Source: Candidatus Ruminococcus ruminiciens
GTDB lineage: Bacteria; Bacillota; Clostridia; Oscillospirales; Ruminococcaceae
Length of the DNA stretch: 64,000 nt
Assembly: GCA_037465765.1 (NCBI GenBank)
Contig: DAPZRL010000004.1
Location: forward strand, 569-64,568
Direction of reading: 5' to 3'
A program made the position numbers and the translations under genes. Within the stretch, counting starts at the first letter, position 1, and the number at the start of each line of letters is the position of its first letter. This document shows positions 20,146 to 28,791 of this stretch, piece after piece. The notes beneath the pieces were generated by a model. That model ran no database searches, was not told the origin of the DNA, and was given only the letters and a program-made list of their open reading frames with translations.

Positions 20146-21052
20146 AACAGTATCGCTCATCGTTCCGCAGGAATGCTTTGGAGAAAGAGCCGACAAATAT
20201 ATTTCGGAAAATATTGCTGAGCTTACAAGATCGGCGGTTCAGGGTCTTATGGAAAAGGGAAATATTCTTGTAAACGGCAAAGTGGTCGGCAAAAGCTTTA
20301 AACTGAAAGGCGGCGAGACAATTACGGCGGAGTTTCCCGAACCTCAGCCAATGGATGCGGTCGCCGAGAATATCCCCCTTGATATAGTTTATGAGGACAG
20401 CGACCTTCTTGTGGTCAACAAACCGAAGGGAATGGTAGTTCACCCTGCACATGGAAATTATACGGGAACTCTTGTTAACGCGTTGCTCTATCACTGCGGC
20501 GGCAGCCTATCTGGAATTAATGGGGTAATAAGACCGGGAATTGTCCATAGAATCGACAAAAACACAAGCGGACTGCTGATCGTAGCGAAAAATGACGCGG
20601 CGCACCTGCATTTGGCAGCTCAAATAAAGGCGCATAGCTTTACGCGCGAGTATGAGACTGTAGCAAGCGGTTATTTTAAGGAAACTTCAGGAACTGTCGA
20701 CGCACCCATAGGCAGGCATAAAATTGACCGCAAAAAAATGTGCGTAACGCAGGAAAACTCCCGGAATGCCGTTACTCATTACGTGGTATTACGTCAATTC
20801 GGCGGTTATGCTCATGTTAAGTGCAGACTGGAGACTGGGCGTACTCATCAGATTCGCGTACATTTGGCGTATATCGGACATCCGATACTTGGCGACGATG
20901 TATACGGAAAGCCTTATAAGGGCATAGAAGGACAGTGTCTCCATGCTCGAAAAATTGGCTTTATTCACCCGAAAACCGGGGAGTATCTTGAATTTAAAAG
21001 CGAGCTTCCTGATTATTTTGCTTCCATATTAAATAGGTTAGAAAGAATGTAA
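20138..21052 (+). CDS. rluD: RluA-family pseudouridine synthase (RluD-like)
   Basis: S4 domain, HRIDKNTSG, LETGRTHQIRVH. Confidence 0.9.
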   Translation: MSETVSLIVPQECFGERADKYISENIAELTRSAVQGLMEKGNILVNGKVVGKSFKLKGGETITAEFPEPQPMDAVAENIPLDIVYEDSDLLVVNKPKGMVVHPAHGNYTGTLVNALLYHCGGSLSGINGVIRPGIVHRIDKNTSGLLIVAKNDAAHLHLAAQIKAHSFTREYETVASGYFKETSGTVDAPIGRHKIDRKKMCVTQENSRNAVTHYVVLRQFGGYAHVKCRLETGRTHQIRVHLAYIGHPILGDDVYGKPYKGIEGQCLHARKIGFIHPKTGEYLEFKSELPDYFASILNRLERM

Positions 21053-21062
21053 GGAGGACGCT

Positions 21063-21899
21063 GTGTTTGAAACCTTGGAAAAAGTAATATTGCTCAGCGA
21101 TATGGACGGCACCTTGTTGAATGCAAAAAAACAGATCACCGACATTGACCGCAGCGCTATTCGGCGGTTTATGGATATAGGCGGGAAATTTACCGTAGCT
21201 ACAGGTCGGACGATTCAGTCATTTGAGCAATATCGTACCATGATAGAGCTTGAAATGCCGATCATAATGTATAACGGTGCAGCTATTCACGACTTTTCTG
21301 TTGAAAAAACGCTTTATACGCATCCGCTGCCCGCTGAATCCAAAAAAATTGCTATGGACATATTGGCGGAAATGCCTGAGTCGGGAGGGGAAGTGCTCAA
21401 GACCGACGGTACATACGTATTCAGCAATACCGATTATCAGAAGCTTCATACGAAGCTGTGCAATATAATACCAAATTATGTTGAATTATCCGATATAGAG
21501 GACGGCGGCTGGCTTAAAGTTCTGTTTTCTCTTGCGCCGGAGGATGTTCCGCATATGGAGCGGCTCGTCCGGCAAAAGGGCTATGACAAGGCCGTGGATT
21601 TTGTGAGGTCCTCTGAGATCTTTCTTGAAATGCTGCCAAAGGGCGTAAGCAAAGGCAGCGCGCTTGCGGAATACAGAAAGCTTGCAGGGATGGAGGATTA
21701 TACGTTTGTCTCGATAGGAGATTTTGACAACGACCTTGAAATGATTCGAGAGGCGGACTTGGGAGCTTGTCCGTCAAATGCCGAAGAATCAGTTAAAAAA
21801 GCTGCTGATATTGTGCTGACCCATTCCTGTGAAGACGGTGCGGTTGCCGAACTTATCGACATAATTATAAACCGCTTTAAAGGAGCTGGAAATTACTGA
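21063..21899 (+). CDS. Cof-type HAD-IIB hydrolase
   Basis: DMDGTLL, ATGR, SKG, GDFDNDLEM. Confidence 0.9.
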   Translation: MFETLEKVILLSDMDGTLLNAKKQITDIDRSAIRRFMDIGGKFTVATGRTIQSFEQYRTMIELEMPIIMYNGAAIHDFSVEKTLYTHPLPAESKKIAMDILAEMPESGGEVLKTDGTYVFSNTDYQKLHTKLCNIIPNYVELSDIEDGGWLKVLFSLAPEDVPHMERLVRQKGYDKAVDFVRSSEIFLEMLPKGVSKGSALAEYRKLAGMEDYTFVSIGDFDNDLEMIREADLGACPSNAEESVKKAADIVLTHSCEDGAVAELIDIIINRFKGAGNY

Positions 21900-22075
21900 A
21901 ATAATCACACAGTGTAGAGTATGACCGCTGTAACTTGGAAAATGAAGACAGTCCGGTTAATTCAGCAATTTTCGGATAAATTTAAGGCAAGTATTGCATA
22001 GACAAATTGTTTTTTCTGTGTTAAAATATAATAAAATGATTTTTATGTTTATTTATATCCGTAAGGAGGTGTATT

Positions 22076-22213
22076 ATGGGTAAGCTTTTTGCAATTTTAT
22101 TGGCATTTGTAATTCTTGTTCCGTCAATGCTTGGATATGTTAAAAAGTCGAAGGAAGCGCAGAGACGATCTGAGGAACGCATGACATACGGTTATGCCGA
22201 TGAAGAACTTTAA
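22076..22213 (+). CDS. 45-aa membrane microprotein with a pilin-like helix motif (not in the ORF track)
   Basis: AAGGAGGT RBS; MGKLFAILLAFVILVPSMLGYVKKSKEAQRRSEERMTYGYADEEL*. Confidence 0.75.
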   Translation: MGKLFAILLAFVILVPSMLGYVKKSKEAQRRSEERMTYGYADEEL

Positions 22214-22228
22214 ATTATGGAGGATATC

Positions 22229-23068
22229 ATGGACGCATCAATTAAAAAAAGTCTGCAAAAAACAGCCTGCAAGGTAAGAAAGGGCGTTATCGAGGGAACG
22301 TATAACGCAAAATCGGGACATCCGGGCGGTTCGCTTTCGATCAGCGACACTTTGACGTATCTCTATTTTAACAAGATGAATGTCGATCCTCAAAATCCCG
22401 ATGCTCCCGAAAGGGATCGTTTTGTACTGTCAAAGGGACATACTGCACCAGCGCTTTATTCTGTTCTTGCACAGAAAGGCTATTTCCCCGAAGATGAGCT
22501 TAAATCGCTTCGTCACATCGGCGCGCTGCTTCAGGGACATCCTTGTATCCATATTCCGGGTGTTGATATGTCAAGCGGCTCTCTCGGTCAGGGAATTTCG
22601 GCTGCCTGCGGAATGGCGCTTGCAGGTAAGACGGACGGAAAGTCGTATAAGGTATATACGATTCTCGGAGACGGAGAGATCGAGGAGGGACAGGTATGGG
22701 AAGCAGCTATGTTTGCCGCTCATTATAAGCTTGACAATCTTGTAGCTATTGTTGATAACAACGGTCTTCAGATAGACGGAAAGATAACCGAGGTATGCTC
22801 TCCTGAGCCTATTACCGATAAATTTATCGCATTCGGCTGGCACGTTATAACTATGGACGCTCACGACTTTGACAGTATTGACGCTGCTTTTGAAGAAGCT
22901 GCATCAGTTAGCGGCAAGCCTGTCGCTATTATCCAGAAATCAATTAAGGGCAAGGGCGTTTCATTCATGGAAAATCAGGTAGGCTGGCATGGCACAGCTC
23001 CCAATAAGGAGCAGTACGATCAGGCAATGTCGGAGCTTAACGCACAGTTAGAGAAATTGGAGGGCTGA
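22229..23068 (+). CDS. Transketolase, N-terminal subunit
   Basis: SGHPGGSLS, RDRFVLSKGH, GSLGQG, GDGE.EEG. Confidence 0.95.
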   Translation: MDASIKKSLQKTACKVRKGVIEGTYNAKSGHPGGSLSISDTLTYLYFNKMNVDPQNPDAPERDRFVLSKGHTAPALYSVLAQKGYFPEDELKSLRHIGALLQGHPCIHIPGVDMSSGSLGQGISAACGMALAGKTDGKSYKVYTILGDGEIEEGQVWEAAMFAAHYKLDNLVAIVDNNGLQIDGKITEVCSPEPITDKFIAFGWHVITMDAHDFDSIDAAFEEAASVSGKPVAIIQKSIKGKGVSFMENQVGWHGTAPNKEQYDQAMSELNAQLEKLEG

Positions 23069-23072
23069 GACA

Positions 23073-24023
23073 ATGGCAGACGTTATTAAAAAAGCTACCA
23101 GAGAGAGCTACGGCGAGGCTCTTAGAGATCTTGCCGAGGAATATAAAGATCTTGTTGTCCTTGACGCCGATCTTGCGGCAGCTACAAAAACGGGAATTTT
23201 CAAAAAGTCTTATCCCGACCGTTTCTTCGACTGCGGTATTGCCGAGGCTAATATGATGGGAGTAGCCGCGGGATTGGCATCCTGCGGAAAAATACCGTTC
23301 GCAAGCACTTTCGCAATGTTTGCAGCCGGACGCGCTTTTGAGATCGTGCGGAATTCTATCGGATATCCTCATCTTAATGTGAAGATCGGCGCAACTCATG
23401 CAGGAATTTCTGTCGGCGAGGACGGAGCAACTCATCAGTGCAACGAGGATATCGCGCTTATGCGCACGATTCCCGGAATGACTATCATAAATCCCTGCGA
23501 CGATGTTGAGGCGCGCGCGGCTGTTAAGGCGGCGCTGGATTTCAATGGTCCTGTTTATATGCGTTTCGGACGGCTTGCAGCTCCGATCATAAACGACAGT
23601 GCAAGCTATAAATTTGAGCTTGGCAAGGGCGTTACAATGAAAGACGGCTCTGACATAACGATCGTTGCTACAGGTCTTATGGTCAACGAGGCTCTTGAGG
23701 CAGCAAAGTCTCTCGAAACGGAGGGAATTTCCGTAAGAGTTGTGAATATTCACACTATAAAGCCTCTTGATAAAGAGCTTATTTGCAAGTGTGCGGAGGA
23801 AACCGGAGTTATAGTTACTGCCGAGGAGCATAGCGTAATAGGCGGACTGGGTTCGGCTGTTGCCGAGGCGGTAACAGAGTGCTGTCCCGTGCCTGTTGTG
23901 AAGGTCGGCGTAAATGACGAGTTTGGATATTCCGGTCCTGCTGTCGAGCTTCTGAAAAAGTTTGGACTTTCTGCTGAGAATATTGCAAATAAGGCAAGGG
24001 AAGCTGTTGCTTTGAAAAAATAA
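23073..24023 (+). CDS. Transketolase, C-terminal subunit
   Basis: GIAEANM, GEDGATHQ, EEHSVIGGLG. Confidence 0.95.
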   Translation: MADVIKKATRESYGEALRDLAEEYKDLVVLDADLAAATKTGIFKKSYPDRFFDCGIAEANMMGVAAGLASCGKIPFASTFAMFAAGRAFEIVRNSIGYPHLNVKIGATHAGISVGEDGATHQCNEDIALMRTIPGMTIINPCDDVEARAAVKAALDFNGPVYMRFGRLAAPIINDSASYKFELGKGVTMKDGSDITIVATGLMVNEALEAAKSLETEGISVRVVNIHTIKPLDKELICKCAEETGVIVTAEEHSVIGGLGSAVAEAVTECCPVPVVKVGVNDEFGYSGPAVELLKKFGLSAENIANKAREAVALKK

Positions 24024-24169
24024 TTCGCTATTGCGATGCATGATATTAAATGTGATTTTGAAAAAAGGCTGTGTAACATAGGCGTTACGCAGTCTTTTTC
24101 TTTTATGACGCAGCTTTTAATATAAAAAATCTCAGCAGAGAAATTAATCAGCGCTGAGACGTTTTTTAT

Positions 24170-24622
24170 TTAATTTTGAGCATTATTTTTCCAATGGTTA
24201 AGCTTAGGCAGAATTGAACGAAGATACTCTTGAGCCTGATCGGGGGTAAAGTTTTCATTTGCCATGTGCTGAGATAGGAAATCTATCAAATCCTCTATGT
24301 TTGAGTAAGCAAATTTACCGTCGGTGTAGCACCACTTGCAATATTCTTCATTAAATGTATAATCAATTTCTCTGCTGATTGAAGAATCATCAAGCGGCAT
24401 ACCACAGCATTGGCATATTAGTTTTCTCGGGGAACCGAGCAGCGTATTGATAGAAACATCAAATAGCTTTGAAAGCAGTTTGAGTGTTTCGGTGTTTGGA
24501 ACAGTTTCACCGTTTTCCCAACGAGAAACAGCCTGTCGGGTCACAAAGGTTTTTTCAGCAAGCTCCTCCTGGGACAGCTCGTTTTTAGTTCGCAATTTAA
24601 GTATAACGTCTTTGGTTTTCAT
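24170..24622 (-). CDS. XRE HTH regulator with a C-terminal putative zinc ribbon
   Basis: SQEELA..VTRQAVSRWENG; CQCCGMP...YCKWC. Confidence 0.88.
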   Translation of the reverse strand: MKTKDVILKLRTKNELSQEELAEKTFVTRQAVSRWENGETVPNTETLKLLSKLFDVSINTLLGSPRKLICQCCGMPLDDSSISREIDYTFNEEYCKWCYTDGKFAYSNIEDLIDFLSQHMANENFTPDQAQEYLRSILPKLNHWKNNAQN

Positions 24623-24705
24623 ATAACTCTCACCTCAAGGCTATTATATCATTCTTTTTGTGTTATTGCAAGCAACTCGTTGTTGCTATCAAAAATTGCT
24701 TATCT

Positions 24706-25044
24706 TTATAATGCTTCTTTTTTCCGAGCCTGTGTTTCAAGAAGTTCACTTATGAGATATTCTACCTTTCCTTTGTTTCGTTCGGATAGGTTTCTCCAGT
24801 TAACTATAATTTCCTTTTCATCATCATCGAACAACTGACCGTTTTTATAAGGACATCGTCCGGCAAGATAGTCAAGACTTACATTATAATAGTCCGCAAG
24901 CTGAATTGCACGTGAGAATGGCAGTTCGCGCTCGCCTTTTTCATATTTTCCATAATATTGAGCAGTTGTACCAAGATAATTGGCGAGTTCTGTCTGTGTT
25001 TTGTCCGAATCCTCTCTCAAATCTTTAATTCTGTGATAAGTCAT
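24706..25044 (-). CDS. XRE-family transcriptional regulator
   Basis: RIKDLREDSDKTQ...YGKYEKGERE...VSLDYL; ATG 25044 after an AAAGGAG RBS. Confidence 0.9.
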   Translation of the reverse strand: MTYHRIKDLREDSDKTQTELANYLGTTAQYYGKYEKGERELPFSRAIQLADYYNVSLDYLAGRCPYKNGQLFDDDEKEIIVNWRNLSERNKGKVEYLISELLETQARKKEAL

Positions 25045-25093
25045 ATATGACACTCCTTTCTGGATTAATTTTATCATATATGATAAAAAAGTA

Positions 25094-25122
25094 TTGACAT
25101 TTTAATCTTAATAGGTTATAAT
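25094..25122 (+). promoter_or_regulatory. Consensus sigma-A promoter of the CHAP-dockerin gene, with a candidate operator in the spacer
   Basis: TTGACA-17-TATAAT; TAATC-N6-GGTTA at 25103-25118; perfect 20 bp palindrome at 25069-25088. Confidence 0.75.
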
Positions 25123-25221
25123 TATATAAAAGAAGTCAGATATGATTATACATTTGTTATTATATCATTTTGGGATTTCTTTTATTCCGCAAATTAAAAT
25201 GTTTTTAAAGGAGTTGATTTT

Positions 25222-27627
25222 ATGAAAAAGAGTAAATCATTTTCGAGGCTGGTGTCCGCTTTGACTGCGTTTGTTGTATGTTTGATGATTTTGCCGTTGG
25301 TGAAGCCTGATGCAGTTAAAGCAGAGAATAGGTCAGGGAGCTTTAGTACGAATTATTCATTAGGGAATGATCCGGCTCAAAATATGGTTAATATTGCCTT
25401 TGCACAAGAGGGGAAAAACGGTTCGCAATTAGGTTATAATTCGGATTGGTGCGCATGGTTTGTAGCTGATTGTGCAAGGCTTGCGGGACAAGATGCAATT
25501 ATTCCAGAGAAAGGCAGGGTGGTAGATTTAGCATCTGCTATAAAAGGTGAAAGAACTTCTACACCGCAAGTTGGAGACATATGTATTTTTGACTGGAATA
25601 GCGTTTCCGGTCCGTATGACCATGTTGAAATTGTATATAAAGTCAGCGGAAGCACTGTTTATACAATTGGCGGTAATGCCGGCAGTACCGGAAACTATAA
25701 AACAAATTATGTAAAAACCCGTAATGCTACTGCAACCGGTCAGGTACAGTGTTATATTCATCCGTATTACAATGGAGCATACACACCTGAAAACGACGAT
25801 GAATTAGGCATACCATACCCTCGCCCAAGCGGAAATCCTTTGCTGTCAACAGGTTCAAGAGGAAGCGGAGTAAGCTGGTTACAGACGGCTTTAAATAAGG
25901 CAAACAATGCAGGTCTCGATGTTGACGGTCAGTTTGGTTCAGGGACAAAGCAGGCGGTAATCAATTTCCAGAAAGCCAACGGTCTTGAAGCCGACGGCAT
26001 CGCCGGTCCGGCTACTGTCAATAAGTTGGTGGAGGTTATTAAGGGGCAGATGAATCCGACGCAGCCACCATCTTGGTCATGGATTTCAGCAACGGATGAT
26101 AGAACAGACTTTTGTTGTGGTGAACAGATTCATTTTTGGTTTAGCGCTGATGAAACTCATGAAGCTATTAGTAGTTACACAATAGGAATTAATAAAGAGG
26201 GAGAGAGAATCATTACGGAATCTTGTGGCAGGGATTACTATATATCATTTGATGAACCAGGTAATTATTCTGTTTATGTATCTGCTTATAATAGTGCTGG
26301 TTGGGCTGATAGTAATGTAATAAACTTTAGGGTTATAAAAAATTTACCGGGATCATATTTAGATGTAGGTACAGATTTTTATGCAATAATTTCTAATGTT
26401 AACACAAAATATCTTTTAACAAACAATAATTTTAATGCCACATTTAATAGCCCTACAGATGAAAAAAATCAATACTGGTATTTTCATAGAAATGAGAATG
26501 GAAGCTACACAATTGAAACGTATGATAGAACTAATGCTCTTGACGTAGCAAACGCAGAAACATCAGATGGAACTAACATTATGTTGTTTGAAACGCACGG
26601 CGATATAAATCAACAATGGTATATATATTATGCGCCTAATGGTGGAATGTATTTTAAATCGGCATTGGGTAATTATGTTCTTGATATGAATGGTGGAGTA
26701 AAAAATGGTGCAAATGCAAATTTATGGTATTTTTGTGAGAGCACTGCGCAGGTATTTGAATTTTATCGAATTGATTTAGACGGAAATATGCCAAATGATA
26801 TCGGGGAATACTTCTTTGCAAAAATTATAAACACTGCAACTGGAAAAGCACTTTCAAATATATATAATGCTAATCTTGCAGGAGAAAATGCTGAATATGA
26901 GGAAGAACAGACATGGTGCTTTGTGAGGATGGACAATGGAAGTTACAAAATAATGTCATACTATGATGTCGATCAGTCATTAGATATTGTCAATTTCGGA
27001 ACAACAAATGCGACTAATGTAGGAGTTTGCATAGATAGCGATAATATTGCACAAAGATTTTTCCTTTATAATATTGATGATGATATTTACATAAAGGCAA
27101 TGTGTTCAAACAACGTATTTAACATGGATTTAAATACAATGAATGTTTCAACATGGAACTATGTGAAAGGCGTAGATCCGGAAAGATTTTCTATAGAAAA
27201 AGTAGATGAAGAAAAATATGTAAAACTTGAAATTATTTCTACTCCTGATAAGCTTCTCTATAATGTTGGTGAAAAACTTAATACAGAAGGTTTAGTCATA
27301 AAACAAGTTTATGAAACAGGCAGGTCTTTTACAACTACATCTGGATTTACTGTAGATAAAAACGTTCTGAAATTAGGTGATAATAAAGTTACAGTAACAT
27401 ATGAGGGAAAATCGACTACTTTTGATATAACAGTAAATTCATTAAAAGGCGACATCAACTCAGACGGAGAATTTAATATATCCGATGCAGTACTCCTCCA
27501 GAAATGGATTTTGGCTGAACCGAACGCTAAGCTTGCTGACTGGAAAGCCGCTGATTTATGCGAGGACGGAAAACTTGATGTATTCGACCTTTGCATGATG
27601 AAACGTATGCTGATTGCAAAAAGCTAA
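25222..27627 (+). CDS. Secreted modular peptidoglycan hydrolase: CHAP + PG-binding + 2 ricin-type lectin + Ig-like + dockerin
   Basis: Signal peptide; WCAWFV (catalytic Cys) and DHVEIV (His); DGQFGSGT...FQ...GL.ADGIAGP; QxW repeats; P.KL.Y.VGE.L...GL Ig-like module; GDINSDG...ADLCEDG dockerin. Confidence 0.85.
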   Translation: MKKSKSFSRLVSALTAFVVCLMILPLVKPDAVKAENRSGSFSTNYSLGNDPAQNMVNIAFAQEGKNGSQLGYNSDWCAWFVADCARLAGQDAIIPEKGRVVDLASAIKGERTSTPQVGDICIFDWNSVSGPYDHVEIVYKVSGSTVYTIGGNAGSTGNYKTNYVKTRNATATGQVQCYIHPYYNGAYTPENDDELGIPYPRPSGNPLLSTGSRGSGVSWLQTALNKANNAGLDVDGQFGSGTKQAVINFQKANGLEADGIAGPATVNKLVEVIKGQMNPTQPPSWSWISATDDRTDFCCGEQIHFWFSADETHEAISSYTIGINKEGERIITESCGRDYYISFDEPGNYSVYVSAYNSAGWADSNVINFRVIKNLPGSYLDVGTDFYAIISNVNTKYLLTNNNFNATFNSPTDEKNQYWYFHRNENGSYTIETYDRTNALDVANAETSDGTNIMLFETHGDINQQWYIYYAPNGGMYFKSALGNYVLDMNGGVKNGANANLWYFCESTAQVFEFYRIDLDGNMPNDIGEYFFAKIINTATGKALSNIYNANLAGENAEYEEEQTWCFVRMDNGSYKIMSYYDVDQSLDIVNFGTTNATNVGVCIDSDNIAQRFFLYNIDDDIYIKAMCSNNVFNMDLNTMNVSTWNYVKGVDPERFSIEKVDEEKYVKLEIISTPDKLLYNVGEKLNTEGLVIKQVYETGRSFTTTSGFTVDKNVLKLGDNKVTVTYEGKSTTFDITVNSLKGDINSDGEFNISDAVLLQKWILAEPNAKLADWKAADLCEDGKLDVFDLCMMKRMLIAKS

Positions 27628-27654
27628 AAACTCTCTGTCTGCACAATAAGAGAG
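27448..27654 (+). repeat. Dockerin direct repeat, copy 1 (207 bp)
   Basis: Matches 30031-30237 except at 27613 and 27637. Confidence 0.97.
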
Positions 27655-27695
27655 TAAAATATTGGGCTTTATTTCGATATGACGGGACAAATCGA

Positions 27696-27732
27696 AATAT
27701 CCGCAGGAGCAATCCTGCGGATATTTTTTATT
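27696..27732. terminator. Terminator between the convergent CHAP-dockerin and araC genes
   Basis: ATATCCGCAGGA-GCAA-TCCTGCGGATAT followed by a T-tract. Confidence 0.8.
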
Positions 27733-27759
27733 AGTAAGATTCGTTGATATATCGACTGT

Positions 27760-28629
27760 TTATTTTTTCATAGTTTTACGGTGCAGCGTAGGCGACAGCC
27801 CGGTCAGTGATTTAAACAGATGATTAAAATTAGACAGTGAATCAAATCCACAGTCTTTAGAAATTTTAATTATGGCGTTATCTGTGGAATCCAGCATTGT
27901 CTTTGCCATAAATATTCTGCGTCTGATAAGATAATCAATGGGAGAGCTTCCGGTGAACGCCTTAAATGTGCTGCAAAGATAAGGAACGCTGATATCAAAT
28001 GTTTCAGAAAGCGATCTTAGACTTATCTCATCGGCATAATTGTCCTCAAGGTATGTAATAATACTGCGAATTTTTTCAGCGGCATTGTGGCTAATTTGTT
28101 TTTTTGATCCGATTGATTCTTTTGTGAAGCAATGACGAATAACTAACGCCAGAAATTGCAGCAGTAATGCCTTTATCATGAGATTATAGCCATTTTGCAT
28201 AGCTGCATATTCTGAATCCATTTGTGTCAGCAACGATGCAAGCTGTGCTGCGACAGAATTTTCGTTGTCTATTTTTCTTAAAAACTGACCCGAAGATTCC
28301 AGAAAAGGTCGAAGATATTCATAATCAAACGAAGCAGTGTGACCGCTTTGCAGAAAATTAGGATTGAACATAACGACCTGCATAATCAGATCCTTATAAT
28401 CATGGCATAAATGAATATCATCATTACCTATAATAAAAATGTCTCCGCAAGAAAAAGAGTATTCCTTGCCATTAATCAGATAAAATCCCGTCCCTTGCCG
28501 GATATAGCAGATTTCTATTTCCTTGTGCCAATGAAGCGTTTGGTAACCGTCTTCCACACCGTGGCTTTCACTGCTTTCAAAGGGAAAAAAGCGTTCTCTG
28601 ACAAGTGCAGGCTTTGTCGTTCTTTTCAT
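27760..28629 (-). CDS. AraC-family transcriptional regulator
   Basis: Cupin LHWHKEIEI; C-terminal CGFDSLSNF...FK...G.SP. Confidence 0.93.
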   Translation of the reverse strand: MKRTTKPALVRERFFPFESSESHGVEDGYQTLHWHKEIEICYIRQGTGFYLINGKEYSFSCGDIFIIGNDDIHLCHDYKDLIMQVVMFNPNFLQSGHTASFDYEYLRPFLESSGQFLRKIDNENSVAAQLASLLTQMDSEYAAMQNGYNLMIKALLLQFLALVIRHCFTKESIGSKKQISHNAAEKIRSIITYLEDNYADEISLRSLSETFDISVPYLCSTFKAFTGSSPIDYLIRRRIFMAKTMLDSTDNAIIKISKDCGFDSLSNFNHLFKSLTGLSPTLHRKTMKK

Positions 28630-28791
28630 GTTTTAGTCCCCCCCTCCTTTTATGATTATACCATATTTATTTGCACATTGCAATGCAAAAATCATAAGAT
28701 ACTGCAAGTATGGGTAAACATAACGGTAGATTTTATAAAAGAAAAGCTGTATACTATGGTTATAATAAAAATCAAGAAAGGTGGATTAGCC

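Noticed and set aside
23037..24041. 334-aa minus-strand ORF
   Set aside because: Antisense shadow of the transketolase C-terminal gene; no recognisable motifs.
28411..28791. N-terminal extension of the GH8 ORF
   Set aside because: Overlaps araC on the opposite strand; the RBS and signal peptide point to ATG 28792.
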